64,000 bases of DNA, taken from Bugula neritina (taxonomy: Eukaryota > Animalia > Bryozoa). Shown piece by piece: positions 39,647 to 53,100 of this stretch. The stretch covers positions 3,658,001-3,722,000 of the forward strand of contig OZ037765.1 of assembly GCA_964035545.1 (NCBI GenBank), given 5' to 3'. The stretch's first letter is position 1; each line of letters opens with the position of its first letter. The notes under the pieces are model-generated. The model saw nothing but the letters and a program-made list of their open reading frames with translations, had not been told where the DNA came from and ran no database searches. Both the position numbers and the translations under genes were made by a program.

Positions 39647-42600
39647 ATGACATCAGCAACAGGAAAATTGACAAGAATTTTTACGCCCAGATGGCTGGCC
39701 TCAAATAAAGGGCTGGAAGTAAGCCAAAGTACCTCTGTAGAAGGTCAAGGTCGATCACCTGATGCTGTGGTGAAAAAATCCCAGCAAGTACATGGCTTGT
39801 TGGCGACATCGAGTGATGACGAATCACTCACCAAGGCTCAGGCAGTCACCAAACTAAAAAACTTATTTACCAATCATGTAATCAAGCCAAGTAGAAGTAT
39901 ACTCACCAACCCCCTGTCTACTAAGAGGGTAAAAGAACTGCCGCATCAACTCACTCCTGGTCAGAATTTTGTAGACGCAATGACTGAGTGCCACTCAAGC
40001 GTAAACCAGTTTTACGGACTTTCTACACAGTACAATGAAGATTTACCTCTTCCACCAAAGACTCTAGAGCCACCTCAACTAAAGCCGATGAAGGTAGAGA
40101 AAACAATTAATCTGATAGTCAAACGCACCAAAATATATGAGGCCAAACAGAATCGAATCTCAATAACAGAAATGCAGAGACGCATGAGAGCTCTGACAAT
40201 CAATGCACTTGCTCCTGGGATAAGTGTTGTGTCGAGGATGACGCGCCTTCGGGATTTATGTGATCATGCTAAGAAACACCCCTTCTCTAGACGAATTGCC
40301 ATCAATGTGAGTGGCTACAATGTGCCCTTTAATTCTAGCACTTCCACCTACAACATTTTTCAATTTAATTATTTTCTATTCTTGGTTCGGAATATTCTAA
40401 TTTATGACACGTTTACTGGTCTGAAATTTTTTTGTTAATCTTCTAGTTTTTCTTGGGATTTTGAATTTATTTCAAGCTTTTTATAATTATTTTTTGTTTA
40501 GCTGAACATTCCTACGATATAATTTTCTAAGATATCATGAGTTTTAATCAGTTTCATTTCTATTTAAGGTCATAACATTTCATGTTGTGTAATCATTATA
40601 CCTGTGCCTTATCTGTTGCTTTATAGGTCAAAGTTACTCTTTTATCTCTGCAGTAGAAGTTATTTATATGCCATTCAATATTCATACTATTAATTGATTG
40701 CTTTTTACATCTTCTTGCAGCAAGGAATTATCCCCTTTCTGCTGTCCCTTCAAAAGGAAAACTCCAGATTGAGAGATCGCGGTCTCGCTGACTATCGCAA
40801 GCTCACTGGTGTAATCAATGAGTCACTCGCTGTCCTAGGTCATCGGCAGCAAATAAACACAAAGGGCATCAAAATACTGAGCATAGATGGTGGAGGAACC
40901 AGGTTAGACATTTCCACCCTTCTGGTTTAACTCATTTCACATCTGAACTTGAAAATGTTTAGTAGGCTTTGTGAAGTTAAATATTTACACTTGAGGCTAT
41001 TTTACTTTACTTTATTAGTGGTTGTTGTTTATACCCATTGTCATGGCTACCATGTAACTATTCTCAGTACACAAGTCTTACTTCTGTTATGTGTTTGCTT
41101 TCTAATTATGTTTCAAATGTCATAAACCAGTAGCTTTGTGTTCTTCAGAATATATTGCATGTCTATTTTTATTATAGAACCTTAATGCCCATGACACACT
41201 ACAGTCGAAACTCGACTGTGGCGGCCATTTTAGAGCTGCTCACGCATACCTTCAACGTCACATCCTACTTTTTGCTGGTCACACTACAGTTCACTACGAA
41301 CGATGAAAGCTAACTGTCTCTAGTCTCGCAGTAAACTTTTAAACCAATAGGAATGCCATATCTCAGTTTTTGCAGTATCCACAGTAACCAGCAATCAAAT
41401 TTATCGCAATTTGTTGAGATTTACTAGCATTATTTAATAAGATTTACTAGTTCTAATTGACTAGCTTAAATTATTCAAAATTACTAGCTTTATTTAATGA
41501 GATTACCTAGCTTTATTCAAGCTCATTCACTAGCCTAAAGAACTAACTGCCCTAATAAAATTCAATCAAATTAGAAAAACTAAATATTATGCAGATAAAA
41601 TTTAGCAAAAATTATCTAATAAATACTTATTTTCATAATTTATCAAGATTTTCATACATAACTTCATCATAATTATTTTAAAAGTAAAATAATATAATTT
41701 TCGAAGAACCAAATCAAATAATAATGCTCGCTAGTAGCACGTGGAAAAAGTAAAAGCACTTAACCAATCAGGGTTTACCTGGCCAGTCAGTGATTGGTTG
41801 ATCGCTCAACTTCAGCGATGACAGTTGCGTTCAGAAATCAAACAGTTGTGACGTTCAAGATGTCGTTTCGACTGTAGTGTGGCAGCCCCATAAGGCCTGG
41901 GAATTAGTAAATGGCCATCAAATTGCTTTAAATTTTATAGAAAAATTACTTTCTTGAGAAATGAAAATTTGGTCATGAAATAACAGTTATCTGCTGTTGC
42001 ACATGAAGGGTTTCAGTATTGTGCAAGGGGAATAACTCTGGTTGTAAAATACAGCTCGCTTCTTTGTTTGCATTGGTGTTTTGCAAATTACACTTCAATG
42101 GATTTTTTATACAAAAAAATTGTTTTTCGATATTTTGACATTGAAATAGTGTTAAATATATCTGTCCTCTTTTTATTGCTGTTAGTCTTATTAAATTTTA
42201 TTTTTTATTCAAATTTGTCTTTTGTTACAGAGGCTTGGTTGCCATAGAAACACTCAAACAACTGGAGATTCTATGTGGGGCTCCAATACACACAAAGTTT
42301 GACTACATAATTGGAGTGAGCACAGGTGGTCTACTCGCAATTCTGGTTGGAGCTTTAAAAATGCCTCTTGATAGGTACGTTGTTGTTAAGTTACACACCA
42401 GTCTTAAAATTAACTACTGATATGAGCTACTAACGAGTTTTCTAAAATCTAAATGATTAAACTTGATATTTTTCATTCAGATGGCTTCTTTTTTAGCTGT
42501 GCTAAAAATTAAAAAAATATTGGTGTTTTGTGCCTAGAGCTTTAAATTTTGATGTTTTTATATAAAAAAAAACAATTCTAATTCTGAACATCAGCCTTAT

Positions 42601-44944
42601 TAAAGTATTTACATATTTTACCGAAGAAAAGTTGTTGTCTTGTGTGATTAAATTTAAGAAAAAATGTTTTTGTGTCCAATCTTCTATGACTGTACATTAA
42701 TTAAACTATACTATTATTTTATTATTTATATGGCATTACCCAAGTCTCAACCAAGTCTCTAATAGTAGTTTGTTATAAAATTAACTAAATATTTAAATTT
42801 AACTCATCCTTATAACTATATCAACATTTTGTCAATTGTGTCATGGTGTCACAGGTGTGAGGAGGTTTACAAGGAGTGTAGTCAGAAAATATTCAACAGG
42901 GGGGCACTAGCTGGTACAGCTAACTTGCTCACTAGACACAGTTACTATGATATGGAGGTGTGGGAAGGCATCCTCAAGTGAGTCATTGTAATAATTATTT
43001 TGATTTTTGTATTAAATACTTATTAATATAAAGTTTAATTTGCTACAACTAATTATAATGATAATTGTTAAAGAATTGAAAGAATTTTGGCAGGGCTTTA
43101 CCAAATAATTTGAAATATTTTATTCATGGCAATCTTCAACTTCTTGCATAACTTTTATTGTAAAATATTATAATATTATTGTAAAGTACTCTAAGCAATA
43201 TAAAGCAAGCTGTTTAATTATATTCTATGATCTTATAATGAAATTTATTATTTGTCTGTCAGTGTGTTTATTGAAACTTTAAACCTAATTCTATGCTGCC
43301 TCAAACTGGGATGGCAGCGTGACTTGTAGCATCAGTATAATTATGAGTAGATGTTTAGGCATCTCTCTATTAGTTTAGTATAATAACTCACCAGTAATTT
43401 CCAACAGCCACGCTATGTATCGTCGTGGTATTCTATAACAATTGTGTTTTCTTACCTTCCACAGAGAAGAGCTGGGAGAAGATAGGACACTTCTGTCATC
43501 AGTAAGAGACGGTCTCTCTCCTCGAATAGCCCTCGTCTCTACTGTCATGGCGGAGTTGTCCTACAACTACGTCTTCCGCAACTACAACCATGACATCAAC
43601 ACCACGTCTCAGTACCCCGGCACGTGTGACGCCAAGATGTGGGAGGCCATCCGGGCGTCCTCGGCAGCCCCCGGCTATTTCCAAGACTTCAAACTAGGAG
43701 ATTTCATTCATCAGGTTCGCAGCAGGATTACCTGTTCTAATATCAGTTTATAATTGGGAGTTGTCTGTGTTATTTGATTGGGGACACAACTTTGAAATTT
43801 CATTTTAAATATTTAGATGCGAATACATTTTAGAAGCATTTCCTACTGTAATAGCCACATATATTGCATTATCATTTAATAAATACAGCAGTTTTTGAAT
43901 TTCTTTTCACAAAGGTTAGTGTTTAATTTGTAGGATGGGGGCGTACTGAACAACAACCCGACTGCCATAGCCATCCATGAGGCTAAGATGCTGTGGCCGG
44001 ATGAGGAGGTGCAATGCATTGTGTCTGTTGGTAATGGAAGGTATGAGCCAAGCTCTCACACTCATAGTCAGGACTCTGTGAGCAGTCTGAAGCATAAGTT
44101 GGGGACCATAATACACAGCGCCACTAACACTGAAAGTGAGCATGCAATGAACTTAGGCTATAAAACTAGATTTCTTACTATTAATGTACAAAGTACTTAC
44201 CTGTTCTTAAAGCATATGTTTGTAATTTTTAGCTTCGAGAAAGAAATGCAAAGCAACACTTGAACTTTCTAGTCTTGAAGCCATAAATGTTTATGTCATG
44301 AATTATTGCTTATTAATACAAAATATCAAAATATTCAACATAACATGTGATGGCTTCTGTAATTTTTAATTTAAGTATGCAACTATTATAACTTTTAATT
44401 TTATTATAAAAAAGTATTAAATGTTTTTCTTTACTTGTAACATCTAAAATAGTTTCTTAATTTTTGTTTAAACTTCAGCTGTTTATTTTTTCTACTTGGA
44501 ACTTTTTAAAAAGCATTATCTTTTTGGAATGATTTAATGAGTCAAAAAATAGAGATGTGAAAAAAACGATTTATAATGTTTGCTAACAATATTTCCTGTT
44601 GAAAATAACATCAAAGTACTCGCTATGTTATTGTCCACTTGCCTAATAGCTTGTCTTTCTGTTTTGCAGACGTGCACACAGTGATGAATGATTTACTTCC
44701 CGCCCAAACATACTTTCGATTCAACCCCTACATGTCTGAAGACTTCATGTTGAATGAAATAGGAGAAGCCAAACTGCAACAGATGCAATATGAAACTCAA
44801 CTCTATCTTCGCCGCAATGCTAGTAAAATTAACAAAGCTGGTCAAAGGTTAAACGAAGGTCGTACCGCTCACAGGAAAATTCAAGATTGGCTCTCCAATA
44901 AATACTACAGTCTCTCCAGAATTCGACCCACCACTTACTTGTAG
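39647..44944 (+). CDS. PNPLA8: Calcium-independent phospholipase A2-gamma (patatin-like phospholipase domain protein 8), ~611 aa
   Basis: Exons 39647-40306, 40721-40902, 42231-42374, 42855-42977, 43465-43714, 43934-44135 and 44670-44944 (1836 nt, in frame). Patatin motifs are [22 protein letters not shown] (catalytic Ser), [19 protein letters not shown] (catalytic Asp) and YFRFNPY. The start codon is inferred; an acceptor at 39638-39639 indicates an upstream exon. Confidence 0.92.
41186..41890. mobile_element. PIF/Harbinger-like MITE (~705 bp) in PNPLA8 intron
   Basis: A perfect 17-bp inverted repeat CACACTACAGTCGAAAC (41195-41211) / GTTTCGACTGTAGTGTG (41865-41881) lies 9 bp inside a TAA triplet on each side (41183-41185 and 41891-41893), consistent with a 3-bp TAA TSD. 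Confidence 0.75.
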
Positions 44945-45769
44945 ACCGAAATGACAACTCCCTCTTTCAGTATTAACAGATGACCAAGTCACTACAATTA
45001 GACTTTGGCTGGCTCCAAGCTGTCTTCTTATTTATTTTTATTGTGCATATAATTACAATGATAAAGCAGAATTTTTATTTTATTTTCAGATACCATTCTT
45101 TATAAAGATATTACGGAAATATATTTGAATTGTTTCTGTTTATTCGTATCTCTATCACTCTCCAGTAAGCTAGGCATTACTGCGGTCTGCCTATTTTTAT
45201 TTTGCTGCCCTTTAATTATTTTAACCTTCCTTCCCAGGTTGTTTTTTTTCAAAAACGTGTATCAGATTGCTAATTTATATGCGGGTATTTTACATAATGT
45301 AAGTCATAACTCTACTAAATACAGGATAATAATATTTCTTGTGTTGAAAGAATATTATTTTTCAGGCAACTAATTACTGCAAAATATTTATCATTAAAAT
45401 AATAACTTATATCTAAAATAGTAGTTGAAAGCTTTAAAAACTTTTAAAATACAATCTTCAAAACCAACAGTATCTGTTTAGAATAATTCTACGGCATGAT
45501 GTCATAACATGAGTTTATAATGCTTTTATACGAAGTTATGGCTTAGGCCTTAAAATATTGAACTTAGTGTGGATACTCTTGAAAATATTATTTCTATGTC
45601 TATTGTACTGATGAATATAGCAATAATATCTATTTATATAATGTTATCTTGTACCTACAGTGTTGCAGTAGCTCTCTAGTGTGAAGTGAAAGCTCAACTG
45701 TATATAAATAATTTTCCATTCTATAACCTGCAAACAAAAGATAGAAAAAGCACAATGAACCTTCTAATG

Positions 45770-45900
45770 CAGCACAGGAGCAATTATGACTGAATGCTAT
45801 TTTCAACATCACCAATGGCCTTTACTGCGATTTAAACCATTGACTTTGTGTTCACTTTAATGCCATGCAGTCCTTTAACCATTAGAACACAGCTGCTCCT
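45770..45900 (-). mobile_element. tRNA-derived SINE, copy 5
   Basis: GCACAGGAGCAATTATGACTGAATGCT...CATCACCAATGGCCTTTAC...ACACAGCTGCTCCT is near-collinear with 33-154. Confidence 0.8.
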
Positions 45901-47190
45901 ACAGTTGTATGATACACATTGTATGTATGACAACATCTATAATAATAAACTTATAGTGTTTATTACACAACATAATATAATAAATGAGACAATTATACAC
46001 TATGATATTTTTATCAAACATGTTTGGTATTGCTATTTCTGAGCATGTCTGTTAAAACAAACGCAAAACTTTAGTCGATTACGCGGTTGTATGCAACCCT
46101 TAATTTTAAAGCACTTTTAATGCATAATAGAAAATTATTATGATACATATTGTCACTTAATACATAATATATTATTATGAACAACTATTTAAGACATATA
46201 TTTGCTGACTGACTACATACATACATATATGTATGTATATGATATGTCAATTTATCATGGCAGTTTAAATAATTGTAAGATAATGAGTTAGTAATTATTA
46301 TTTAAAATTAAGATATAGAAAAAATTGAAAAATGACAAATTGCTTGGAATAATGTAGATTTAAAAAAATACATAATAATCACCAAAAATTATGATTATGA
46401 AATTTTAGAAACTTAAACCTAAAGCCAACATATTATTTCTCTTACGTTGGCAATTCATTGCAGAATAAATTAGAGTTATCCCTCTTCTCTTCTGTTTCAT
46501 TAAATCGCGTGTCAAAATGAAACCACTACACGTGAAAATATATCGCGTCCCTTAATCATAACCAAATACACACAAAGATTGTCGTTGAAATAATTTAAAT
46601 TTAAAATTATACGTAATTAAAAAAAACTGGTGTTTTCAAAATAAAAATTTTTATAATGACATTGTAAAACTGAATGAAACGTTATGCACTTAGGCTGTGT
46701 CAAGCAAAAAGTTTTGATGCGGAATTACACTATGTAAACAAGGTTTAATTCATTGCATTATGCCCGTAGGTGCCCTAACCGAAGCTTATCGATCAAAGTG
46801 TTGGAGTGAAAGTTTGTAATCTGCTTCATTGATCGCATACTGGTTAAACACCAATCGCTATCTACTGAACAGTGTCAGTTACTACAGCCAGTTCCGTCTG
46901 GTGTTATTGGTGAATTGCACGTCTGTTTATTAACATTACTACTGCGAAAGGTTATAACTTACATTAATATTAATTTATAAGTTATAAATATAGGGCTGGT
47001 TTTACTTTTAGCGACTCCAGGCTTTAGTAATAGTTGTAAACTGAGAAACCGAACGTTGGTTTGATTTAATTTTCTCAATTTCAGTCAATATTTTTGAAAA
47101 CTGGAAAGTAAAATTTTCATCATGCCACCTGAAAGGATTTAAACTTTTTAAAAACTAAAAGCGAGACTATCTTCATCTTGTATAGCAGAG

Positions 47191-50100
47191 ATGAAGTTTA
47201 ACTCTATCCTCCCTAGTTCCAAGGCACTAGAGCAAATACTGTTCATATTTCCAGTTGCTTTTCTGCTGCTTTTCTCTTCTGTAGATGGTAAGTGCACTAT
47301 TTTATTATCAAAAGTAAAAGTAGCTGAGCTTAACAGTGTTTCAGTATTGCACAGTATTTGATTTGTCATTGTGCCTATATGAGTATAACACTAATTTTGG
47401 GGTATCAATTTTTCATTACGGCATGTTGAAGTGATCATATAATAATAAACATTTCATGTAATTATGAAGTTGCTGTAATCTTACATTAGATTCATCAATA
47501 TCAATATGCCTCTTGGTTTGTAGTCAGGGTTGAAATGCCAACTTTGAAAACTGCAACAAATTAGTGTCAATGTAGAACATTTGATGAAATACACAAAACA
47601 TGCACAGCCACATGCCTCAAATATTTTCATTTTGCACCTGCTTTTAATCAACATTTTACCTGTTGCTTTAACTTAAATCGAAGGCAACCCAGAACATTGA
47701 TTTTAAATATAATATGCTACTATGGCAAAGATTGCATGGATATTAATTTGAATACCGAAGAGCATAGCTATAGGTGTTTAATCATGGTGATGATGTACTA
47801 ATAGTAATTGAGTAATTCAATACCCAAACCTCAGGTTGAGGTAGTTTAAAATTTGCAAATATGAGTATTAACTAAAACAATCATGTAAGGGCCATTGCTG
47901 ACTATAGTGTTAGTTGTGTCATCAATATCAATATGATCATTTCTCCTATACTCCACTATTGAGGGCTGTTACTGTGGCATGTGATATCCTGTAACTTGTT
48001 GTGTTGCTCAAGATTCCAGTATAAATTTCAGTTTTTTATGTATGACTATTGAATAACCCTCAAAGAAGTCACTTGCTTTGAATGACAATTGTATAAGGGA
48101 TGGGAAATGTTTAGCATAGTTTTAGTAAGAGATATGCCTCTTCTAACACAACACTAATATTTTGTACTACGAGTATGTTGGCACTGGTGCAAAACAATTA
48201 AATTGCTTAGATTTGTGGTCACAAAACACAATGCAGTGTAGCAAAACCTTTGACATGCCAATCTTTATTAAAATAATTTGACATTTGCACAAGTTAGTAT
48301 GGACTATTGTTTACACTATATTGACAAATTATAGACATTGAAAAATCCATTTCAATACTACTAGAAAGATAATATGTTCTACAACTTTTCAAAATTAGGA
48401 ATGCATTTAACGTAGCTTAGTGATTTTGTGACGCGACGTTCTAATCAATTCACACAAGAAGTCGCAATGAATAGGATGGGTTAGAAGCGAAGGGTATTGT
48501 GATTGACTAACGTGTTTAATATTATAATACTGCGTGCACTGAAATGCTAATTAATGCTGGCTGTCAACCTCATTTATAGGCAATGTTTTCAAATATGTAG
48601 TTAGTAGTCCCTTGTGACATTATGAATAGAGTATGGAGATTTGATTAGCAAGTACAAAGGCATATTAGTATAAGTAAATTAGTGTAGTAGGCACGACTGC
48701 GGTTTACTAAGCTAAGCAAAGTTGTTATTTATGCTGATCAAGCTACTTCATTTTATACCAAGACAACTTATGATGTAATTACATTCTATTTCAAACTGTC
48801 TCTTTTTAGTCTTTAATTAATCTAACTTGTATTTATCAGACTAGATCAAAGTAGATGTAAGGCTAATGATATTTTATGATGCTAATGATAAGAGAGTTTG
48901 CTGCGGCCTGCATTTTCTGTTTTACCCTTTTTAGGAGTGAGTTCCAATCAAGATATAAGAGTAGAAAATGGGGAGGGGTTCTTAGTCCACCCTATAGTTC
49001 CCACTCTATATCCAGTAGACACGCAATCCGTAGAAAGACAGTCCTTTTATATATACAATCAAAACACGGCTACGAAAATCTCATCTTATTTCGGTAGTCT
49101 GAGAGCTGAGCAGAACATTACCTACGCCCTCAATGACTACAGCAACGCCGATCCACTCTCGCTAAAAGTTGTGAATATAGACGGGTACGCCAACATCACC
49201 GCCCATCTCGTACAGACTACTGTGACCAACACTAAGCCTAATCTCAAAGTGCTAGTTCACAGCGACCACCACCTGCAGACCAGTCTGTGTGTGAGAGTGT
49301 TTGCTAAGAAGAGTAACTTAGAGACAGTCTCGGGGTCATGTTTCCTGGAGAAAGATGGCGGAGCTGAAAGTGAGGCTGTGATATGTATGGCCACCGTCCC
49401 ACTGCCGTACGAGTGGTGGTCCTCCAGAGATATTGACGTGTATTTTGACGTGCAAAGCGTTGAGGTCTGCACACTGAACTCTAACTACTTGCCTTCATTC
49501 ACTCTACCAGATGATGCGTTCTCTGTCGGAGAGGTTGTGTTGATGTTTGATGATCGTCATGGTAACAAAGAGATAAGGGAGGATGCTAATATAGGACTCT
49601 CTGTACCAGACAGACCCCAGCAGGTGGGTCAGGTGTTCACGGCAGCTGTCAAGTTGTACCCAGCCTCTGAAGTGGATCTGTTTGTTGTCAGGTAAGGAAT
49701 CAAACCTTCTTTAAGATCCTTCTAGAAAGAAGTTTTTAGTTATCTGATTAAATTGCTTAGTCACCAGGTTCTTTCTGATCCCCTGTTCCTTAGAGTTGGT
49801 ATAGTAAAGGAGAAATTGAGAAGCCCATGTTCTAAGTGAAAAATGTTATTTTGCATTCGAGAATCCCATCCTATGCCCCAAACCAAAATTATCAAAGACA
49901 GTTGAGGAACTTGAACTATTAAAATTTCTCCTTTACTGCACTGTACTTACTAGGTATACTAACTAGACAAGCTTCTGGAAGGCAGAAATGGTCCATTAGG
50001 AAAAGTCAACAGAGATAGGCCAGCAATAATAAAATTGTTTTTGCTCTTCAACCACTTTATGATCCATTAAAGGCTTTTTAGAGTAATTTGAATGCCCATA

Positions 50101-53100
50101 AAAACCGGTTATGACCTTTATCAAACCACAGGAAATCACCCAGCCAGAGACTGTGGCATTTCGTCTGCAACTGCTCATGTTAATTAGACACCATTCAATA
50201 GAAAGGATCAGTAACACCGAGGGTGTGATCCTCTAACACAGTAGTTAGTAGCAGGTCGTAGTATAGCGTAGTATTTCACAGTGAAGAGTTATAACAGTGA
50301 GTAGATGAGTGGCCACTTGACTGGCGACTTGATTCAACATCAAAGGGACTTCAATAGCCCATCCAGAACTCTAAGCACACAGTATAATAATCCTGTGAAA
50401 TATGAAAACCAATAATATACAGGCATATGTCTGTAGAAACCTTGCAAGTTGTAAATCAATCATGTTACTCCATTATTAACTGCAAAACTTGGGCGAGGCT
50501 GGCAGTTGAATTACCTAAGAGTTATTTATTTGCCAAATTTCAAAGTGACCTCAAACTAGCCAATACAAATCGGTCATTACAAATGAGTACAATTAAAAAA
50601 AAGAGTTTTCAAAGGTCTTCCACTCTCCATTTAGTAGAATATATTTGAGTTATTTATAGTAACTGTGTATTTACTGCAGAGTTGAACTTGGCGATGGACT
50701 GACTCTCAAGTCTGTGAATAGTTCAGATCCTAGAAGATGGACTGTGAGAATGCGTAGAGCTGGCAGCAAAAGTGTGGTGGATATTGAAGCTTTGGCAGCA
50801 GCTGGCGTCGTGCCATCCCTCAAGTGAGTCATTTCCTAGACTGTCTACCAACTCTCATAGCCTGCAGACCTGCCCCAGTGAATCTAACAACTTCATTTAA
50901 TTCATTAGCTGAAATAACAAAAATGAACTTTTTATTTACAGTGTAGGGTTTTAGATTACTGCTAAAATAAATATTTTCTATCATTTAGTACAGAAAACTA
51001 CCTTTCACTTCTCCTGTCTACAATCTTGTATAATCTAACTTACTTTTTTCAAATTTAACTGTGGTGATCCCCATACAATATACTTCAGCGTGTATTTGAT
51101 AATTATAAAAGAATCCAACATGATAAATTCAGACTACAAACACATGGTTGCTGTATCAATGTGATAAGCATATGCTAAGTATATCCTGTAGTAAGGACAT
51201 CCTCTGATATTTAGTTAGCTTATCTTCTGCTCATCAACTGTGAGTCATTAAACTCTTCAACTTGTCACAAAAGGTAATTCAAGTGTCACACTGAGTATCC
51301 ATTCATATTATGGTCACTTAGTTCTTTGATTTCTTAGTATTGTTTACTTAGAGATTTCTATTCTCTAAACTCAAAGTTAGTAATATGAGCAAATTTGCTG
51401 TTGATTGACACTGCAATGTGCTGTAGATAACCATCTATCAGAAATGTAGATAACCACTTCAAAGAGATGCAGATCACCTCTGATAGTACAATTTTGTTAG
51501 TTTATTAATCTAAAATGTACTGTTTGCTGTCCCTGTTTGCTGTCACCGGTTGCTGCTGTTGTTGTAGGGTTCAGGAAGTCATCAAGCTAAACTTTGAGGT
51601 GTCAAGGCCAACTGTGGAATTAGAGGCCAACATAAGGTGGACTATGGAGTACGTTACAACCAAAGGGGAGCAGATAAGGACAATACTTACACCTATACCT
51701 CTGTCCAGAGCGGATCAAATTACTCACCTGGTACCTGTACTCAAGGTGGGTCTATCAACTGTCCCGTTTACTTTTAAACAACTTTCCCAAAGCAATACAA
51801 TGTATCAGCAAACTTAGTTATTTAACAAATTATATCAAGCTGTTTATAGTTGTGAGGGTAAAGGGTTTATTATGTGGTGCAGGAGTAACTATGACTGAAT
51901 GCTCTTCCTAACATCACCAATGGCCTTTACTGGGGGTCAAACCCATGGCTACTGGTTTATTAAGCCAGTGCTCTAACCCCTAGACTACAGCTGCTCCCTA
52001 TTTAATTAATTATATAGTAGTTATTTATATTTTTAATGTCTATGGTTTTCTGTCTTATTAATTTCTACCATTTCTAAGAAATCATCAAAAAAACTGTCTG
52101 AATTACACTGTTTGAGATAAGCTGCGTGATCATGTAATTTACAAGATAAATACATGAAAAGACACATTGACTGCTCATCATTCTGTTATTTGTATTTTTT
52201 GCAAATATCAACCATCTTATCCTGATTTTAAATACTTTTGGGTTAATAATTTCAGCTTAACACAAGTTGTGCGGTTTAGTTCTTCCAAGAATCATCTCGC
52301 AGTCCCGGTTTCTGAGTTAATTTCTCAAGTTGTAGCGGTTTGGTGTTCCAAATATGACTAGAATGTATTATATTTCTAGAAATTTCTCTACTCTTAATTA
52401 TAACAAATTTTTGCAAAATTACTGGGACAGTTACTGCTGCTTGGATTGTAACCTCCTCACTAATAGCATATAGTAGTGTGTGCATGTAACGCTGAATTTA
52501 TAACTAATAGTTCTACAGTAGTAAGTGTGTGTATGTAACGCTGAATTTATAACTAGTAGTTCTGCAGTATTGAGCGTGTGCATGTAATACTGAACTTATG
52601 AGCCATTACTTTGAACAGTTATGCAGCATACAATATAATTATTACACGTAATTGAGTCAAACATTTTCTGCTTTAAGATAAACAAAAAGCAGTTATAAAA
52701 ATAGTGATAATATAAAGCGGCTGACCTTTGATAATTGAATTAGTTCAAGTGGCTGTATTATACACAGAAAACATTGATTTAGAGTAGGGTTTGCATTGTT
52801 CAACACTGCATTGCCCTGCAGTGTGTTTTCAAACTAATAAAGGCCTCTGTTTGCATTCCCTGTAGTTCAAACAATACCACTTGCCACCTTTGTAATGGAC
52901 TGTTACATAAAATAATATTTTTACAAGTTGAAAAATTACAGCTTAAATTCATTACCTAAAACTGATAAAATCATTCCTGAAAGTTTAGATGAAAGGAACT
53001 TTTTTTAGGCTGGGTGATTAAGCTTTATCATTTTTTTGCACCGAAAACCAATTTACCTGTATTTTTTGTTGCAATCTATCAAAGGTGAGAACCATTGGGA

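Noticed and set aside
52473-52600. CRISPR-like repeat array
   Set aside because: The units are contiguous with no unique spacers, the context is a eukaryotic intron, and there are no cas genes; it is a minisatellite.
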